56,442 nucleotides of DNA, from contig JAAZZC010000239.1 in the NCBI GenBank assembly GCA_014239335.1, forward strand, positions 1-56,442, in the 5' to 3' direction. Below are positions 19,670-29,951 of the stretch, one piece after another (the stretch's first letter is position 1; every line of letters begins with the position of its first letter). Made by a program: the position numbers and the translations under genes. Under the pieces are notes generated by a model. It was not told where the DNA came from, ran no database searches, and was given only the letters and a program-made list of their open reading frames with translations. The stretch comes from Verrucomicrobiales bacterium. Lineage in GTDB: Bacteria; Verrucomicrobiota; Verrucomicrobiia; Verrucomicrobiales; DEV007.

Positions 19670-20254
19670 CTAAGGAGAAGGTGCATTCTTGTTCAATACT
19701 CCAATGAGTTCTTCACTAAAATCAACTGCGTCTTTAGAATGCAGGAGAAAAGGAATGCCGCGCGTTCCAAGGCCCGACTTATCAAAGACTATGTCATAAT
19801 TCTTTTTCTTGGCCATATCGCCGACAAAGTCCTGAATCTCTTCAATCAAAGCTTTACGCTTTCGGTCAACTTCTGTGAGCAGCATTCTCTGCCTCCTGTC
19901 TGACAGCTCCTTCTTCTCACGCTCAAGAGCACGTGCCTTAGACGCCACTTCTTGCGCTTCTTTCTGCTTCTTCTTTCGAAGCTCTTCACCAATTGCTGGA
20001 TCTTTAATTTCTGTTGCCAATTTCTGATAACCATCCAAAAGCTTTTTATAATCGTTATTAATGGACTCTAGCTCTTTCTTGGCCGCTTCTTTTTGCTCAT
20101 TCACAACCTTATCCGCATCCTTTGTCTTGTAATATTCCGCAAAGACTCGATTCATATCAACGATCCCAATCTTCATTCCCTGTGCACCGGCACCGGACAT
20201 CATGAAGGCTAGACTGATTATAACAACTGGAAGAAAGAAGGCAGATTTCGTCAT
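19670..20254 (-). CDS. skp: OmpH/Skp periplasmic chaperone
   Basis: Signal peptide followed by KIGIVDMNRVF and a long charged coiled-coil. Located between bamA and lpxD. I preferred the ATG at 20254 over the GTG at 20278. Confidence 0.8.
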   Translation of the reverse strand: MTKSAFFLPVVIISLAFMMSGAGAQGMKIGIVDMNRVFAEYYKTKDADKVVNEQKEAAKKELESINNDYKKLLDGYQKLATEIKDPAIGEELRKKKQKEAQEVASKARALEREKKELSDRRQRMLLTEVDRKRKALIEEIQDFVGDMAKKKNYDIVFDKSGLGTRGIPFLLHSKDAVDFSEELIGVLNKNAPSP

Positions 20255-20353
20255 AATAATAAAAGGAGAATCCTCCACAATAGTTTGATTTTCAAGATAA
20301 ATACTTGGTTCCGCAAAGTCCTTTTAAAAGGATATGATAGTTCACGCTAAAAA

Positions 20354-22630
20354 TTAGCGGAACTGATACCCCATATTGAACTGGAACCTCATCTTATCCT
20401 CTACCCATTCATTTGTTTGCATGGGCCAGGCCACATCTAATCGGATCGGACCCATCGGCAGGTACAAGTCAAGTCCTATACCATAATCAGACAAATAGTC
20501 TCCCCCAAAGTCCCAAGCATCGTTGGAAAGCATTCCTCCATCATAGAAAACATGACCTCTAAACTTCTTTAAATTAAGTAATGGGAAACTATACTCTGCG
20601 GTAAAATAAGCTGCGGTCCTTCCTCCTAATGGTTCTCCCTGTTCGTCACGAAGTGCTGGGCTACTTGCCTCACGATACTCATATCCTCGCAAACTACGGG
20701 CACCTCCCAAGAACTCACGCTCAAAGATCGGAACATTATCATTACCGTCAACGCTACGGTACTGCCCATTAATGCTCAAAATAGTATCAAAAGGTAAAAG
20801 GAAATATTTTGATCCTGAAAGCTGAACTCCATAAGTTTCCACATCACCAAAGGAAACATCAGTGCCAAGAGATATCCGGTGCCCCCGTCTGGTCAAGTAC
20901 TGACTATCTGTAGTGTTTATCACATAGTTTACCGCGAAGAGAGCACGATCATATTCGCCCTCTTCCTTTCTGAGGGTGTCACTTGAATCTGAATCCACAT
21001 CAATTTCATAATTTTCCAGACTCGCCTTGAACGAAAGGGACGTGTATTCACCGAGCGGCCTACGCAAACTCATATAGGCTCCCCCAATGGTTTGATCATA
21101 CTTATCAGAAAGATATAAGAGGTCCCTAAAATAGAGTCCCGTTCCAAATGCAAGCTTCTTATCAAATAGCCACGGCTGAGTATAATCGAACTGAAAGTCC
21201 TTCCGCCTCCTACCATACTGTACTCCCAAACGAATCTTTTCACCGCCACCTACGTGAGGCTTGCCGAACAACCTGAAATTGGTCTGAACGATATCCATGA
21301 ATCCAACCAAATTATCAATCGAACTGAATCCGGCACCAAAGTTCACCGTGCCTGTCGATTTCTCTCTCACCTCAATACTAATGTCTGTATGGTCAGGCGT
21401 TGCAGAGTCTGTCGGAGTCACATTAACCCCATCAAAGAATCCCAATCCCATGAGGCGGTTACGGCTCACTTCTAATCTCGTTTCATTGTATACATCTCCA
21501 GGAGCGAGTGCCAATTCGCGACGAATGACCTTATCGAGGGTCCGATCATTACCACTAATATTAATCAACTCGACCGTTGATTGAACGCCTTCTGACACTG
21601 CGTATTCGATATCAACCATGGTCTCTGAAGAACTGTCAACACGGGGAGAAATGCGCACATTTGAATACCCATTGTTCGCGTAATACCTCCGCAATCCGAC
21701 CAGATCAGTACTAATGCCTTCGGAAGAATACACGGCACCTTCCCTCATCTCTAGAAGGGGCAAAACATCCTTCTGCGACACGGCCTTTATTCCTGAAACA
21801 GAAACCTTATTTACTGTGAACCTATTGCCCTCATTAATATGAATGACAAGATCCACCTTATCACCTGCAGGCTCACGCACTACCTCAGTCACACGTGCAT
21901 TTATATATCCTTCGTTACGATAATATTCCTCAATCCTAACAACATCCTCTTCGAGTTCAGCAGAATCAATCCCCCGGTTCTTTTTGAAAACATTATACGC
22001 ACGACTGGCCTTCACATGCATCTGACCCGAGAGGAGCCGATCAGAAATGGATTCGTTGCCAAAAAATTTAACCTTGCTGAGCCTTTCCAAAACTCCCTCA
22101 TCAACGACAAATGTGACTCTCGAAAATCCAGGTCTCTCTGCTCCACCAACCTTATAGGTAATACCCACATTGGAAAATCCCTTCTTCTTATACAGTGCCT
22201 CTAAGCTCACTCGAGCCGTTTCAAGGAGCGTATCATCAAATGCTTCACCAATTTCAAGTGCCGTCTCTTTGCGTAATTTATTAGTGGCCAAAGAATTCCC
22301 AATAAAAGAAACCTCCCCCAAAATTGCACGGGTCTGGACCAAAAATATAACACGAACACCACCTTCATTCGGTTCGGTCAAAACCCTCACATTATCCACT
22401 AACCCACTCGAATAAAGATTCTTGATATCCTTTTCGACTTCCATCGCATCCAGTTCGCTACCAACTTTACTACGTATCTGAGCAATGAGAGCAGCCTGGT
22501 CTACTGTTGGAGCTCCCGCATACTGAATTGAAATATCAGTAATCTTCTCGGCATGCAAAACTGACTGACCAAGTACTAGAAAAATGAAAATGAACGCGGC
22601 TGAGATTAATTGCCTAATATGAAATGTCAT
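20354..22630 (-). CDS. bamA: Outer membrane protein assembly factor BamA (POTRA repeats plus Omp85 barrel)
   Basis: 758 aa with repeated POTRA-like units. The C-terminal barrel ends in ...FQFNMGYQFR. Confidence 0.9.
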   Translation of the reverse strand: MTFHIRQLISAAFIFIFLVLGQSVLHAEKITDISIQYAGAPTVDQAALIAQIRSKVGSELDAMEVEKDIKNLYSSGLVDNVRVLTEPNEGGVRVIFLVQTRAILGEVSFIGNSLATNKLRKETALEIGEAFDDTLLETARVSLEALYKKKGFSNVGITYKVGGAERPGFSRVTFVVDEGVLERLSKVKFFGNESISDRLLSGQMHVKASRAYNVFKKNRGIDSAELEEDVVRIEEYYRNEGYINARVTEVVREPAGDKVDLVIHINEGNRFTVNKVSVSGIKAVSQKDVLPLLEMREGAVYSSEGISTDLVGLRRYYANNGYSNVRISPRVDSSSETMVDIEYAVSEGVQSTVELINISGNDRTLDKVIRRELALAPGDVYNETRLEVSRNRLMGLGFFDGVNVTPTDSATPDHTDISIEVREKSTGTVNFGAGFSSIDNLVGFMDIVQTNFRLFGKPHVGGGEKIRLGVQYGRRRKDFQFDYTQPWLFDKKLAFGTGLYFRDLLYLSDKYDQTIGGAYMSLRRPLGEYTSLSFKASLENYEIDVDSDSSDTLRKEEGEYDRALFAVNYVINTTDSQYLTRRGHRISLGTDVSFGDVETYGVQLSGSKYFLLPFDTILSINGQYRSVDGNDNVPIFEREFLGGARSLRGYEYREASSPALRDEQGEPLGGRTAAYFTAEYSFPLLNLKKFRGHVFYDGGMLSNDAWDFGGDYLSDYGIGLDLYLPMGPIRLDVAWPMQTNEWVEDKMRFQFNMGYQFR

Positions 22631-22941
22631 TATGGTATTCAGAGTATCTTATTGAAGGTCAGTGGAATTATGGACAAATCGCGCGGCTTCATTCAAGCCA
22701 TTTATCGAATTATACATAAAAGTTAATTGTTTTTCTTTTGTCTTCTTTTGTTAAGTTACGGATCTCAAATCTAATCCATAATTTGATATAAATTACTTAT
22801 TATAAGCCAATTGGGATGTTAATAGCTCGGTCTTTGTTTAATATAATTAGCTGGCTTGATAGTAAAGTTTATAAAAAATTGTTAATATTAATTAATTTTT
22901 GTTCGCTTCAAGTGATATTAATGGGAAAAATCAAATAAATC

Positions 22942-23970
22942 GTGCAGGAGAATTTTTACACAGAAGCCACAGAAACTGACTTTGATGTCTCTTTGAGACC
23001 TCCAGAACTAACGGAGTTTTTTGGGCAAGAGAAAGTTAAAGAACGGATTTCCTTAATGATAGAAGCCGCACAGCAGAGGGAAGATGTTCTGGCTCATATC
23101 CTATTATCTGGGCCTCCAGGCCTAGGCAAAACAACTCTGGCACATATTATCGCCTCCGCTACCGGATCCCAATTACATTCAACCAGTGGACCACAAATTG
23201 AAAAGGCCGGGGACCTGGCCGGAATACTCACTAACCTTAAGAGGGGTGATGTTCTATTCATTGATGAGATCCATAGGCTGCACCCAGCCATCGAAGAATA
23301 TCTGTACCCCGCAATGGAAGACTATCGGTTAGATATCATTATTGATCAGGGCCCCAATGCCAGAACCATCGAACTCTCATTACCAAGATTCACTTTGGTC
23401 GGTGCAACGACTCGTGCCGGAATGCTGACCGCCCCTCTCAGATCAAGGTTCACGATGACGAACCGGCTCGATTACTACACTGCAGAAGAACTCACTAAAA
23501 TAGTAAGCCGATCAGCTAACCTGCTCAAAGTTGAGATCAAATCAGGCGGCGCAATAGAAATCGCATCCCGTTCAAGAGGAACTCCAAGAGTTGCCAACTC
23601 ATTATTGAGATGGGTACGGGACTTCGCTCAGGTCAAAGCAGACAGCATCATCACTCAGGAAGTTGCAGACGGGGCCCTTAAAATGATCGACATTGATGAT
23701 GATGGTCTCGATGAAATGGACAAGAGGATACTCGAGGCTCTAATCTACAAGTTTGATGGCGGGCCCGTGGGACTAAATTCATTGGCCGTTGCCGTCGGCG
23801 AGGACTCCTCAACGATCGAAGAAGTCTACGAGCCTTATCTCATCATGCAGGGAATGCTTGCTAGAACCCCCAGGGGCCGAGTAGCAATGAAACGCTCTTA
23901 TGAAAAACTAGGAGTCACTGCACCGAGTCATGCCTCAGGAACCAATCCTGAGCTAGGTTTGGATTCATAG
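22942..23970 (+). CDS. ruvB: Holliday junction branch migration ATPase RuvB
   Basis: [15 protein letters not shown], the Walker A motif [17 protein letters not shown] and RTPRG. GTG start. Confidence 0.95.
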   Translation: MQENFYTEATETDFDVSLRPPELTEFFGQEKVKERISLMIEAAQQREDVLAHILLSGPPGLGKTTLAHIIASATGSQLHSTSGPQIEKAGDLAGILTNLKRGDVLFIDEIHRLHPAIEEYLYPAMEDYRLDIIIDQGPNARTIELSLPRFTLVGATTRAGMLTAPLRSRFTMTNRLDYYTAEELTKIVSRSANLLKVEIKSGGAIEIASRSRGTPRVANSLLRWVRDFAQVKADSIITQEVADGALKMIDIDDDGLDEMDKRILEALIYKFDGGPVGLNSLAVAVGEDSSTIEEVYEPYLIMQGMLARTPRGRVAMKRSYEKLGVTAPSHASGTNPELGLDS

Positions 23971-24047
23971 TTTTATCCACTCACTTGCGCGCATTCAGAG
24001 TTCGGCCCTTCTCGGCAAACACTAAAGAACCCCTTCACTACAAAAAC

Positions 24048-25439
24048 ATGAATAGAATTTCAGTTCCTGTTATACTCCTAACCCTTGGTATATTTCTTAA
24101 CTTTGCAGTCAAAGGAGCCACTCCCAATATACTTTTTATCTTTGCAGATGACTGGGGCTGGGGCGATCTCAGCTGTCATGGGCATCCCTATGTAAAAACA
24201 CCTAATATTGATAGGTTAGCAAAAGAGGGCACAGACTTTCATCGCTTCACTGTGGCCAGTGGCGTCTGCTCTCCTAGCCGGACCGCTGTGATGACTGGTC
24301 ATTTCCCGGCACGCTACAACATTAATGGTCATTTCGCATGGGTTCCCAGTAATGCTAGGAGAAACATGCCTGACTGGCTCAATCCAGAAGGGCCTCTCCT
24401 CTCCAAGTTTCTCAAAAGTGCCGGTTATGCAACTGCCCACTTCGGCAAATGGCATCTTGCCAATGACATGATTCCTGACTCTCCTTTGCCAAGCCGATAC
24501 GGCTTTGATACTTATGGAGCCTTTAACTGCTCAGGTAAGCAAATGCCAGTTCACGAAGATGCTAAAAGCACCATAGCATTTATTGAGAACAGTAATCGTG
24601 CTGGAAAGCCCTTCTTTGTGAACCTATGGCTTCATGAACCTCATACTCCGTTTCATACCGTAGAAAAATACCGCAAGCAATTTCCCAAATTAAAAGAACA
24701 AGACAATATTTATGCTTCGGTACTGGCACATGCCGATGATCGTGTAGGTGAGGTGTTGGACGCACTGGATCGCTTACAGCTTACAGAAAATACATTAGTC
24801 ATTTTCAGTTCGGATAATGGGCCGGCCAGGGCATTGCCTGATACTGCGCTAAAATCGATGCACGATACCGCAACGGGTGAAGGATTTAATATTGCAGCCG
24901 CAAAAGGTATCACTGGTGGACGCAAAGGATACAAGGCTTCGCTATTTGAAGGCGGTGTAGGGGTCCCCTTCATCGCACGTTGGCCTAAACATATAGCAGC
25001 AGGCAAAATAGATAAGACATCCATCCTATCTGCTGTGGATCTACTTCCAACTTTCTGTGAAATTGCAGGAGCGAAGCTCCCAGGGTCCTACAGTCCTGAT
25101 GGAATGAGCCAGGTATCAGCTCTGAAAGGAAAGGGCCAGAGTCTCCGTCAAAAACCTCTCTTCTGGAAAGCAACCTCTCCCTGGCCAGCTCGAAAATCAA
25201 AACCTGACCACTGGGTCTCCTATGCAGTCGTAAGCAAAAAATGGAAAATGGTAACTAATCGGAATTCTCAATATGTCGAACTGTATGATTTAGTCATTGA
25301 TCCATTTGAAAAAAATGACCTTAAAGAAAAATACCCAGACAATGTAAAGCAACTAAAAAAAATGTTAACTCAGTGGCAAGAATCCCTCCCAAAAAAGCCG
25401 ACCGGCAATGTCTTTTCAAAACTGCGTGAGAAAAAATGA
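24048..25439 (+). CDS. Sulfatase, exported
   Basis: NILFIFADDWGWGDLSCHG, canonical CSPSRTAVMTG, GKWHL and SSDNGP. The ATG at 24048 gives a signal peptide. Confidence 0.9.
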   Translation: MNRISVPVILLTLGIFLNFAVKGATPNILFIFADDWGWGDLSCHGHPYVKTPNIDRLAKEGTDFHRFTVASGVCSPSRTAVMTGHFPARYNINGHFAWVPSNARRNMPDWLNPEGPLLSKFLKSAGYATAHFGKWHLANDMIPDSPLPSRYGFDTYGAFNCSGKQMPVHEDAKSTIAFIENSNRAGKPFFVNLWLHEPHTPFHTVEKYRKQFPKLKEQDNIYASVLAHADDRVGEVLDALDRLQLTENTLVIFSSDNGPARALPDTALKSMHDTATGEGFNIAAAKGITGGRKGYKASLFEGGVGVPFIARWPKHIAAGKIDKTSILSAVDLLPTFCEIAGAKLPGSYSPDGMSQVSALKGKGQSLRQKPLFWKATSPWPARKSKPDHWVSYAVVSKKWKMVTNRNSQYVELYDLVIDPFEKNDLKEKYPDNVKQLKKMLTQWQESLPKKPTGNVFSKLREKK

Positions 25440-25441
25440 GA

Positions 25442-26407
25442 TTATAGGCCTATCGCTTTGCCCTCTCTGACAGAAACCTCGATCGCCTCAATGATTTTCT
25501 GCGCCGTAATGGCATCATCAAGGTTCGAGAGTGGTGCCCGATCACGCTCAATGCATTCCTCTATAAAATAACGAACAGTATTAAGTATCGAGTAATGATA
25601 GGCTGAATAAGTGTGAGAATGAACGACTGCCTTCTGGTTCTGCACCCAATCAGCATGGCTAAAACGCGTCGACCCTGTAGTCCCTATCAATTTTATCTTA
25701 AATGTCCAGTTATCAGCGGCATGGTCATCAGCGGCAAAGCTCGCCTGAAGGTGAGCTAAGGCACCTCCCTCAAGTTCCAGGATAGCCATAGCTAAATTTT
25801 CTTTGGCTACGGTCCCGTCATTAATAGTGGAAGCCATCGCCATCGCCTTTCTTGGCTTGCCTCCAAGGAAAGATGTAATATAAGCGTGATGTGTTAGAAT
25901 TTGCCTGATAACACCTGGATATCGCTGGGCCACTTCTTCGGGATGATGAATGTTATAGAAAATATAAATGGCCACCAAGTCGCCTAGCTTACCTGAGTCC
26001 AAAAGTTCACGAGTGCGGATCACGCTATCCTCATACAAATAATTATGTACCGGCACACAGAGCTTTCCTGATTCGTTTGCTACGGCTTTAATCTCTTCGA
26101 TCTCATTAATGTTAGAGCTGACTGGCTTTTCAAGTAGGACATGTTTTCCTGCACGGAGGGCACTGACCGCACACTCACAATGATCCTCTAATGGTGTCAG
26201 GACAAAGACTGCATCAATTGATGGATCAGCTAACAATGACTCTGCCGAATCAAAGGCCTTGCAATTGTATTGGAGGGACTTCTCCTGTGACTTTTTCTTA
26301 TCAATGTCAAAGAGGCCCACTAAGTCGGCACCTTCACATCCCTGAACCCCCGCAGCATGTAAATCAGCGATATCACCAGCACCATAAAAACCGACCCTAG
26401 TTATCAC
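25442..26407 (-). CDS. Gfo/Idh/MocA-family NAD(P)-dependent oxidoreductase
   Basis: N-terminal Rossmann motif VGFYGAGDIA and the EKP motif (LLEKPV). Confidence 0.8.
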   Translation of the reverse strand: MITRVGFYGAGDIADLHAAGVQGCEGADLVGLFDIDKKKSQEKSLQYNCKAFDSAESLLADPSIDAVFVLTPLEDHCECAVSALRAGKHVLLEKPVSSNINEIEEIKAVANESGKLCVPVHNYLYEDSVIRTRELLDSGKLGDLVAIYIFYNIHHPEEVAQRYPGVIRQILTHHAYITSFLGGKPRKAMAMASTINDGTVAKENLAMAILELEGGALAHLQASFAADDHAADNWTFKIKLIGTTGSTRFSHADWVQNQKAVVHSHTYSAYHYSILNTVRYFIEECIERDRAPLSNLDDAITAQKIIEAIEVSVREGKAIGL

Positions 26408-26409
26408 AG

Positions 26410-26778
26410 CTAAACGATTTGTTCTGGCTTACCAATGCCGAGTTGAAATTCATAATACTCAGGACCCAGTTCAGCAAAAGGTTCTTTTAACTTCTCTATG
26501 TCCTCCTTAGTAGCATGAATCTCCAGACGTAATAGATCAGAGATACCCAATGCCTCGCCAATTATAGAACCAACATTGTCAGCGTGAGCCAGTAATCCTT
26601 CGGCCCCATTATAAGCTTCACGACAATGAACCACATCACCTGACAACGTAAAATCATACCACAAACAGCCATCTTCCTTGGCCGTCGCTTCGATGAACTG
26701 ATCGAGAAGTTTTCTGAACTCCTCCATTTTTCCAGAATGAACTTTAAAATAAGGGTGAATACTAACTACTTTGCTCAT
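26410..26778 (-). CDS. ABM-domain (antibiotic biosynthesis monooxygenase-like) small protein
   Basis: Ferredoxin-like pattern of about 120 aa: FKVHSGKMEEFRKLLDQFIEATAKEDGCLWYDF...EAYNGAEGLLAH. Confidence 0.55.
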   Translation of the reverse strand: MSKVVSIHPYFKVHSGKMEEFRKLLDQFIEATAKEDGCLWYDFTLSGDVVHCREAYNGAEGLLAHADNVGSIIGEALGISDLLRLEIHATKEDIEKLKEPFAELGPEYYEFQLGIGKPEQIV

Positions 26779-26891
26779 AGCTATTTTTTGAACAAGTATT
26801 CATCTCTGGTCAAGCCCGAGGATTCACTCTAAGTAAAATTAGCGAAGAATTTAAATTTCATACATTTATTACTACCATTGCACCGCAATGA

Positions 26892-28373
26892 ATGCGTAGC
26901 ATCATGACAGACATGCGAAAATTCATAATAATCACTCTAGCCATTGCTTTCAGTACTCTTAGCAGCTTCGCACGCAAACCTAACATCATCTTTATCCTTG
27001 CCGATGACCTAGGTTATAATGAGCTCGGGTGCTTTGGACAGAAATGGATCAAAACACCGCACATTGATCGCCTCGCCAAGGAAGGAATTAAATTCACTCA
27101 ACACTATTCTGGGCAGGCAGTCTGCGCGCCTTGCCGCTGCGTGCTCATGACAGGAAAACATACTGGGCATGCATACATAAGAGATAATGGAGATCCTAAG
27201 GACGGATCCACTAAACATTTCCCTTTCCCGGGACAGAATCCAATTCCAGATGATGAAATTACTATCGCAGAAATACTAAAGACCCAGGGCTACACAACCG
27301 CAGCCATCGGCAAGTGGGGACTCGGTCACTTCGGATCTAGCGGAGACCCCAACAAACAAGGTTTTGATCTGTTTTTTGGTTATAATTGCCAGCGACATGC
27401 TCATAACCATTTCCCAAGGTTCTTGTGGAGGAATAATAAAAAAGTTCCGTTACCTGGAAATGATCGGAAGCTGGATGGAAAGATCCACTCTCAGGACGCA
27501 TTCACCGAGGAAGCTCTGAGCTTCATCAAGAAAAACAAAGAAACCCCATTTTTCCTTTACCTTCCATTCGCCATTCCTCACCTAAGCATTCAAACAACGG
27601 ATAAGTGGCTAAACGAATACAAGAAAGTGATCCCTGAAGAAAAACACACTCATAGAGGTTACCTTAAGCATCCTTTCCCACGCGCTGGATACGCAGCAAT
27701 GATCACACAAATGGATGACTCTGTCGGACAAGTCCACTCACTAGTCAAAGAGTTAGGACTTGATAATGACACCTTGATCGTTTTCACGTCTGACAATGGA
27801 CCAACATTCAATCGACTCGGAGGTTCTGATTCTGATTTTTTCAAGAGTGCCGGCGTCTTTAAGGGACTCAAAGGGAGTCTCTATGAGGGAGGAATCAGAG
27901 TCCCAACGATCGTTCGGTGGCCAGGAAAAATAAAACCTGAGACCACTAGTAACCATATCAGTGCTTTCTGGGACTGGATGCCAACACTCTCTGAAATTGC
28001 AGGGACCAAGGCACCTGATGTTACGGACGGCATCTCATTATTGCCGTCCCTGCTCGGCAAGAAGCAGGAATCTCATAAATTTTTATATTGGGAGTTCCCA
28101 TCTTATGGGAGCCAGCAAGCTGTCAGGTTAGGGAATTGGAAAGGGATCAGGCAAAAGATATCCAAAGCAAAGACAACCGCTGAAATTAAAACTGAACTTT
28201 ATAATCTCGAACTGGATCCCGGCGAAACTAAGAATGTCGCTGATCTTAATCCAGAAATACTGGAAAAAATTGAATCAATCATGGTCAAGGAACATGTACC
28301 CAGTAAGCTGTTTCCTATCCTCCCCGAAGAACGTCTCAGGGCACGTAAAAAAAAATTAAATAAGTCCAACTGA
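26892..28373 (+). CDS. Sulfatase, exported
   Basis: [19 protein letters not shown], the [11 protein letters not shown] (CxPxR) motif, GKWGLG and TSDNGP. Confidence 0.9.
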   Translation: MRSIMTDMRKFIIITLAIAFSTLSSFARKPNIIFILADDLGYNELGCFGQKWIKTPHIDRLAKEGIKFTQHYSGQAVCAPCRCVLMTGKHTGHAYIRDNGDPKDGSTKHFPFPGQNPIPDDEITIAEILKTQGYTTAAIGKWGLGHFGSSGDPNKQGFDLFFGYNCQRHAHNHFPRFLWRNNKKVPLPGNDRKLDGKIHSQDAFTEEALSFIKKNKETPFFLYLPFAIPHLSIQTTDKWLNEYKKVIPEEKHTHRGYLKHPFPRAGYAAMITQMDDSVGQVHSLVKELGLDNDTLIVFTSDNGPTFNRLGGSDSDFFKSAGVFKGLKGSLYEGGIRVPTIVRWPGKIKPETTSNHISAFWDWMPTLSEIAGTKAPDVTDGISLLPSLLGKKQESHKFLYWEFPSYGSQQAVRLGNWKGIRQKISKAKTTAEIKTELYNLELDPGETKNVADLNPEILEKIESIMVKEHVPSKLFPILPEERLRARKKKLNKSN

Positions 28374-29485
28374 TGGGCAAAGAAAAACCTAAGCGGACCT
28401 GGGTCGAGATTGATCCGAATGCTCTCAGAACAAATCTCGGTCATGCTCGTGAACTAGCAGAAGGTGCCGATGTAATGGCTGTGGTCAAGGCTGACGCGTA
28501 TGGTCATGGATTTTCCGAAACGATAAAGGCACTCGATTCTGAGGTCAGCGCCTTTGGCGTTGCGACTCTGAATGAAGCGTTGGCCGTCATGTCAGTAACG
28601 GAAAAGACTACAGACATCATGATCCTCGGGGCACTTTTACCCGATGAACGGGAAGATGCCGTCAGCGCCAGACTGCACGTCACAATTTCAAGCTTAGTCG
28701 AAGCAAAAGAATATGATGAAATTGGGCGACGGACCGGTTCCCGGGTCAAATCTCATATTGTATTGGACACTGGAATGGGACGTCTCGGATTCACTGATAA
28801 GGATTTCATTTCTGAATTCCCTCAAATATCCTCTTTATCGAATATTGAAATTGAAGGAGTCGCTACCCACTTTCCCTGCTCTGACCGGGACTTAGAATTC
28901 ACCAATAATCAAATTAAAAAATTCGAAACAATTATCAAGAAATCAAAATTAAAAGCGCGTTGGATCCATCTTGCTAACAGTGCAGGAGTAATTAATTTTG
29001 GAAATGCGGGTGGCAATATGATACGCCCCGGGCTGATGCTTTACGGAATCTCCCCAATACCCGATTCAATTCACAAATTCAAGCCTGCTATGGAATGGAA
29101 GACTCGAATCACTCAGATAAGGAAATTACCTTCAGGGTCTGGGATCAGTTATGGACAAACGTTCGTTACTAATAAAACTACTCTGGTCGCAACAGTCGCG
29201 GTAGGTTATGGGGACGGTTATCCGAGATCAGTTTCCGGAAATGGTGCGGAGGTGATCATCCAGGGAAAACGTTGCCCAGTACTCGGCAAAGTCACGATGG
29301 ACATGATAATGATAGATGTGAGTGAACTGACTCCTTCACCTTGTCCGGGAGACGAGGTGACCCTGCTCGGAGGACAAATGATAGAACCTATCACGGCTAC
29401 AGAATTAGCATCAAAGGCCAGAACGATCCCTTGGGAAATTCTCACAGGAATTTCTCCAAGGGTAGAACGCCTCATTCGCTCATAA
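28373..29485 (+). CDS. alr: Alanine racemase
   Basis: VVKADAYGHG is the PLP-lysine motif. The C-terminal beta-domain contains VGYGDGYPR. The ATG overlaps the preceding TGA by 1 nt. Confidence 0.9.
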   Translation: MGKEKPKRTWVEIDPNALRTNLGHARELAEGADVMAVVKADAYGHGFSETIKALDSEVSAFGVATLNEALAVMSVTEKTTDIMILGALLPDEREDAVSARLHVTISSLVEAKEYDEIGRRTGSRVKSHIVLDTGMGRLGFTDKDFISEFPQISSLSNIEIEGVATHFPCSDRDLEFTNNQIKKFETIIKKSKLKARWIHLANSAGVINFGNAGGNMIRPGLMLYGISPIPDSIHKFKPAMEWKTRITQIRKLPSGSGISYGQTFVTNKTTLVATVAVGYGDGYPRSVSGNGAEVIIQGKRCPVLGKVTMDMIMIDVSELTPSPCPGDEVTLLGGQMIEPITATELASKARTIPWEILTGISPRVERLIRS

Positions 29486-29543
29486 AAGAAAGATAGATTC
29501 GCAAGAAAATCAGGGCTAAATTCAAAATTAATCATAGATACCA

Positions 29544-29909
29544 GTGTTCCAAATCATCTTCAATGAAATCAGCGCGGCCGAAATTTCAAGCCTCAGCACC
29601 ATCAATCAGCTTGAACTTCTCAATGAATTCAAAGTTGAGCCGGAGGACTTGGAAAAGACGAGTAACGAGAGCCCCTTCGGCATCATGGAAAGGGATGGTA
29701 CAAAACTATATAGGTACAGATCCAAGGACTACAGAATTTATTTCGAAGTGATAGATAATAGCGTCACAGTTCACCGCGTATTGCATAAGAATACACTGAA
29801 AGACTTTTTGTTCAGATCAAAGTTACCAGTTTCAGAAGACAAGGCACTGGGTCAATCAAAACATTTCTGGTCAATGATCGAAGAAGGCGAAAAGGCAAGG
29901 CGATTATAA
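29544..29909 (+). CDS. RelE/ParE-like toxin-fold protein with a C-terminal extension of about 35 aa
   Basis: FQIIFNEISAAEISSL... and LYRYRSKDYRIYFEVIDNSVTVHRVLHK resemble the RelE/ParE core pattern (yR.r.gdyRiiY.v.d..v.v..v.hR). GTG start. Confidence 0.5.
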   Translation: MFQIIFNEISAAEISSLSTINQLELLNEFKVEPEDLEKTSNESPFGIMERDGTKLYRYRSKDYRIYFEVIDNSVTVHRVLHKNTLKDFLFRSKLPVSEDKALGQSKHFWSMIEEGEKARRL

Positions 29910-29951
29910 TTACAGACATCAATCCAAAGAACTATTACAAGAGTCAACGCA

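Noticed and set aside
22631-22941. 310-bp AT-rich divergent spacer between bamA and ruvB, and a 470-bp non-coding stretch at 6306-6776, inspected for ncRNAs or riboswitches
   Set aside because: I could not recognise any conserved ncRNA signature or convincing extended secondary structure by eye. A covariance-model scan (Rfam) would be needed.
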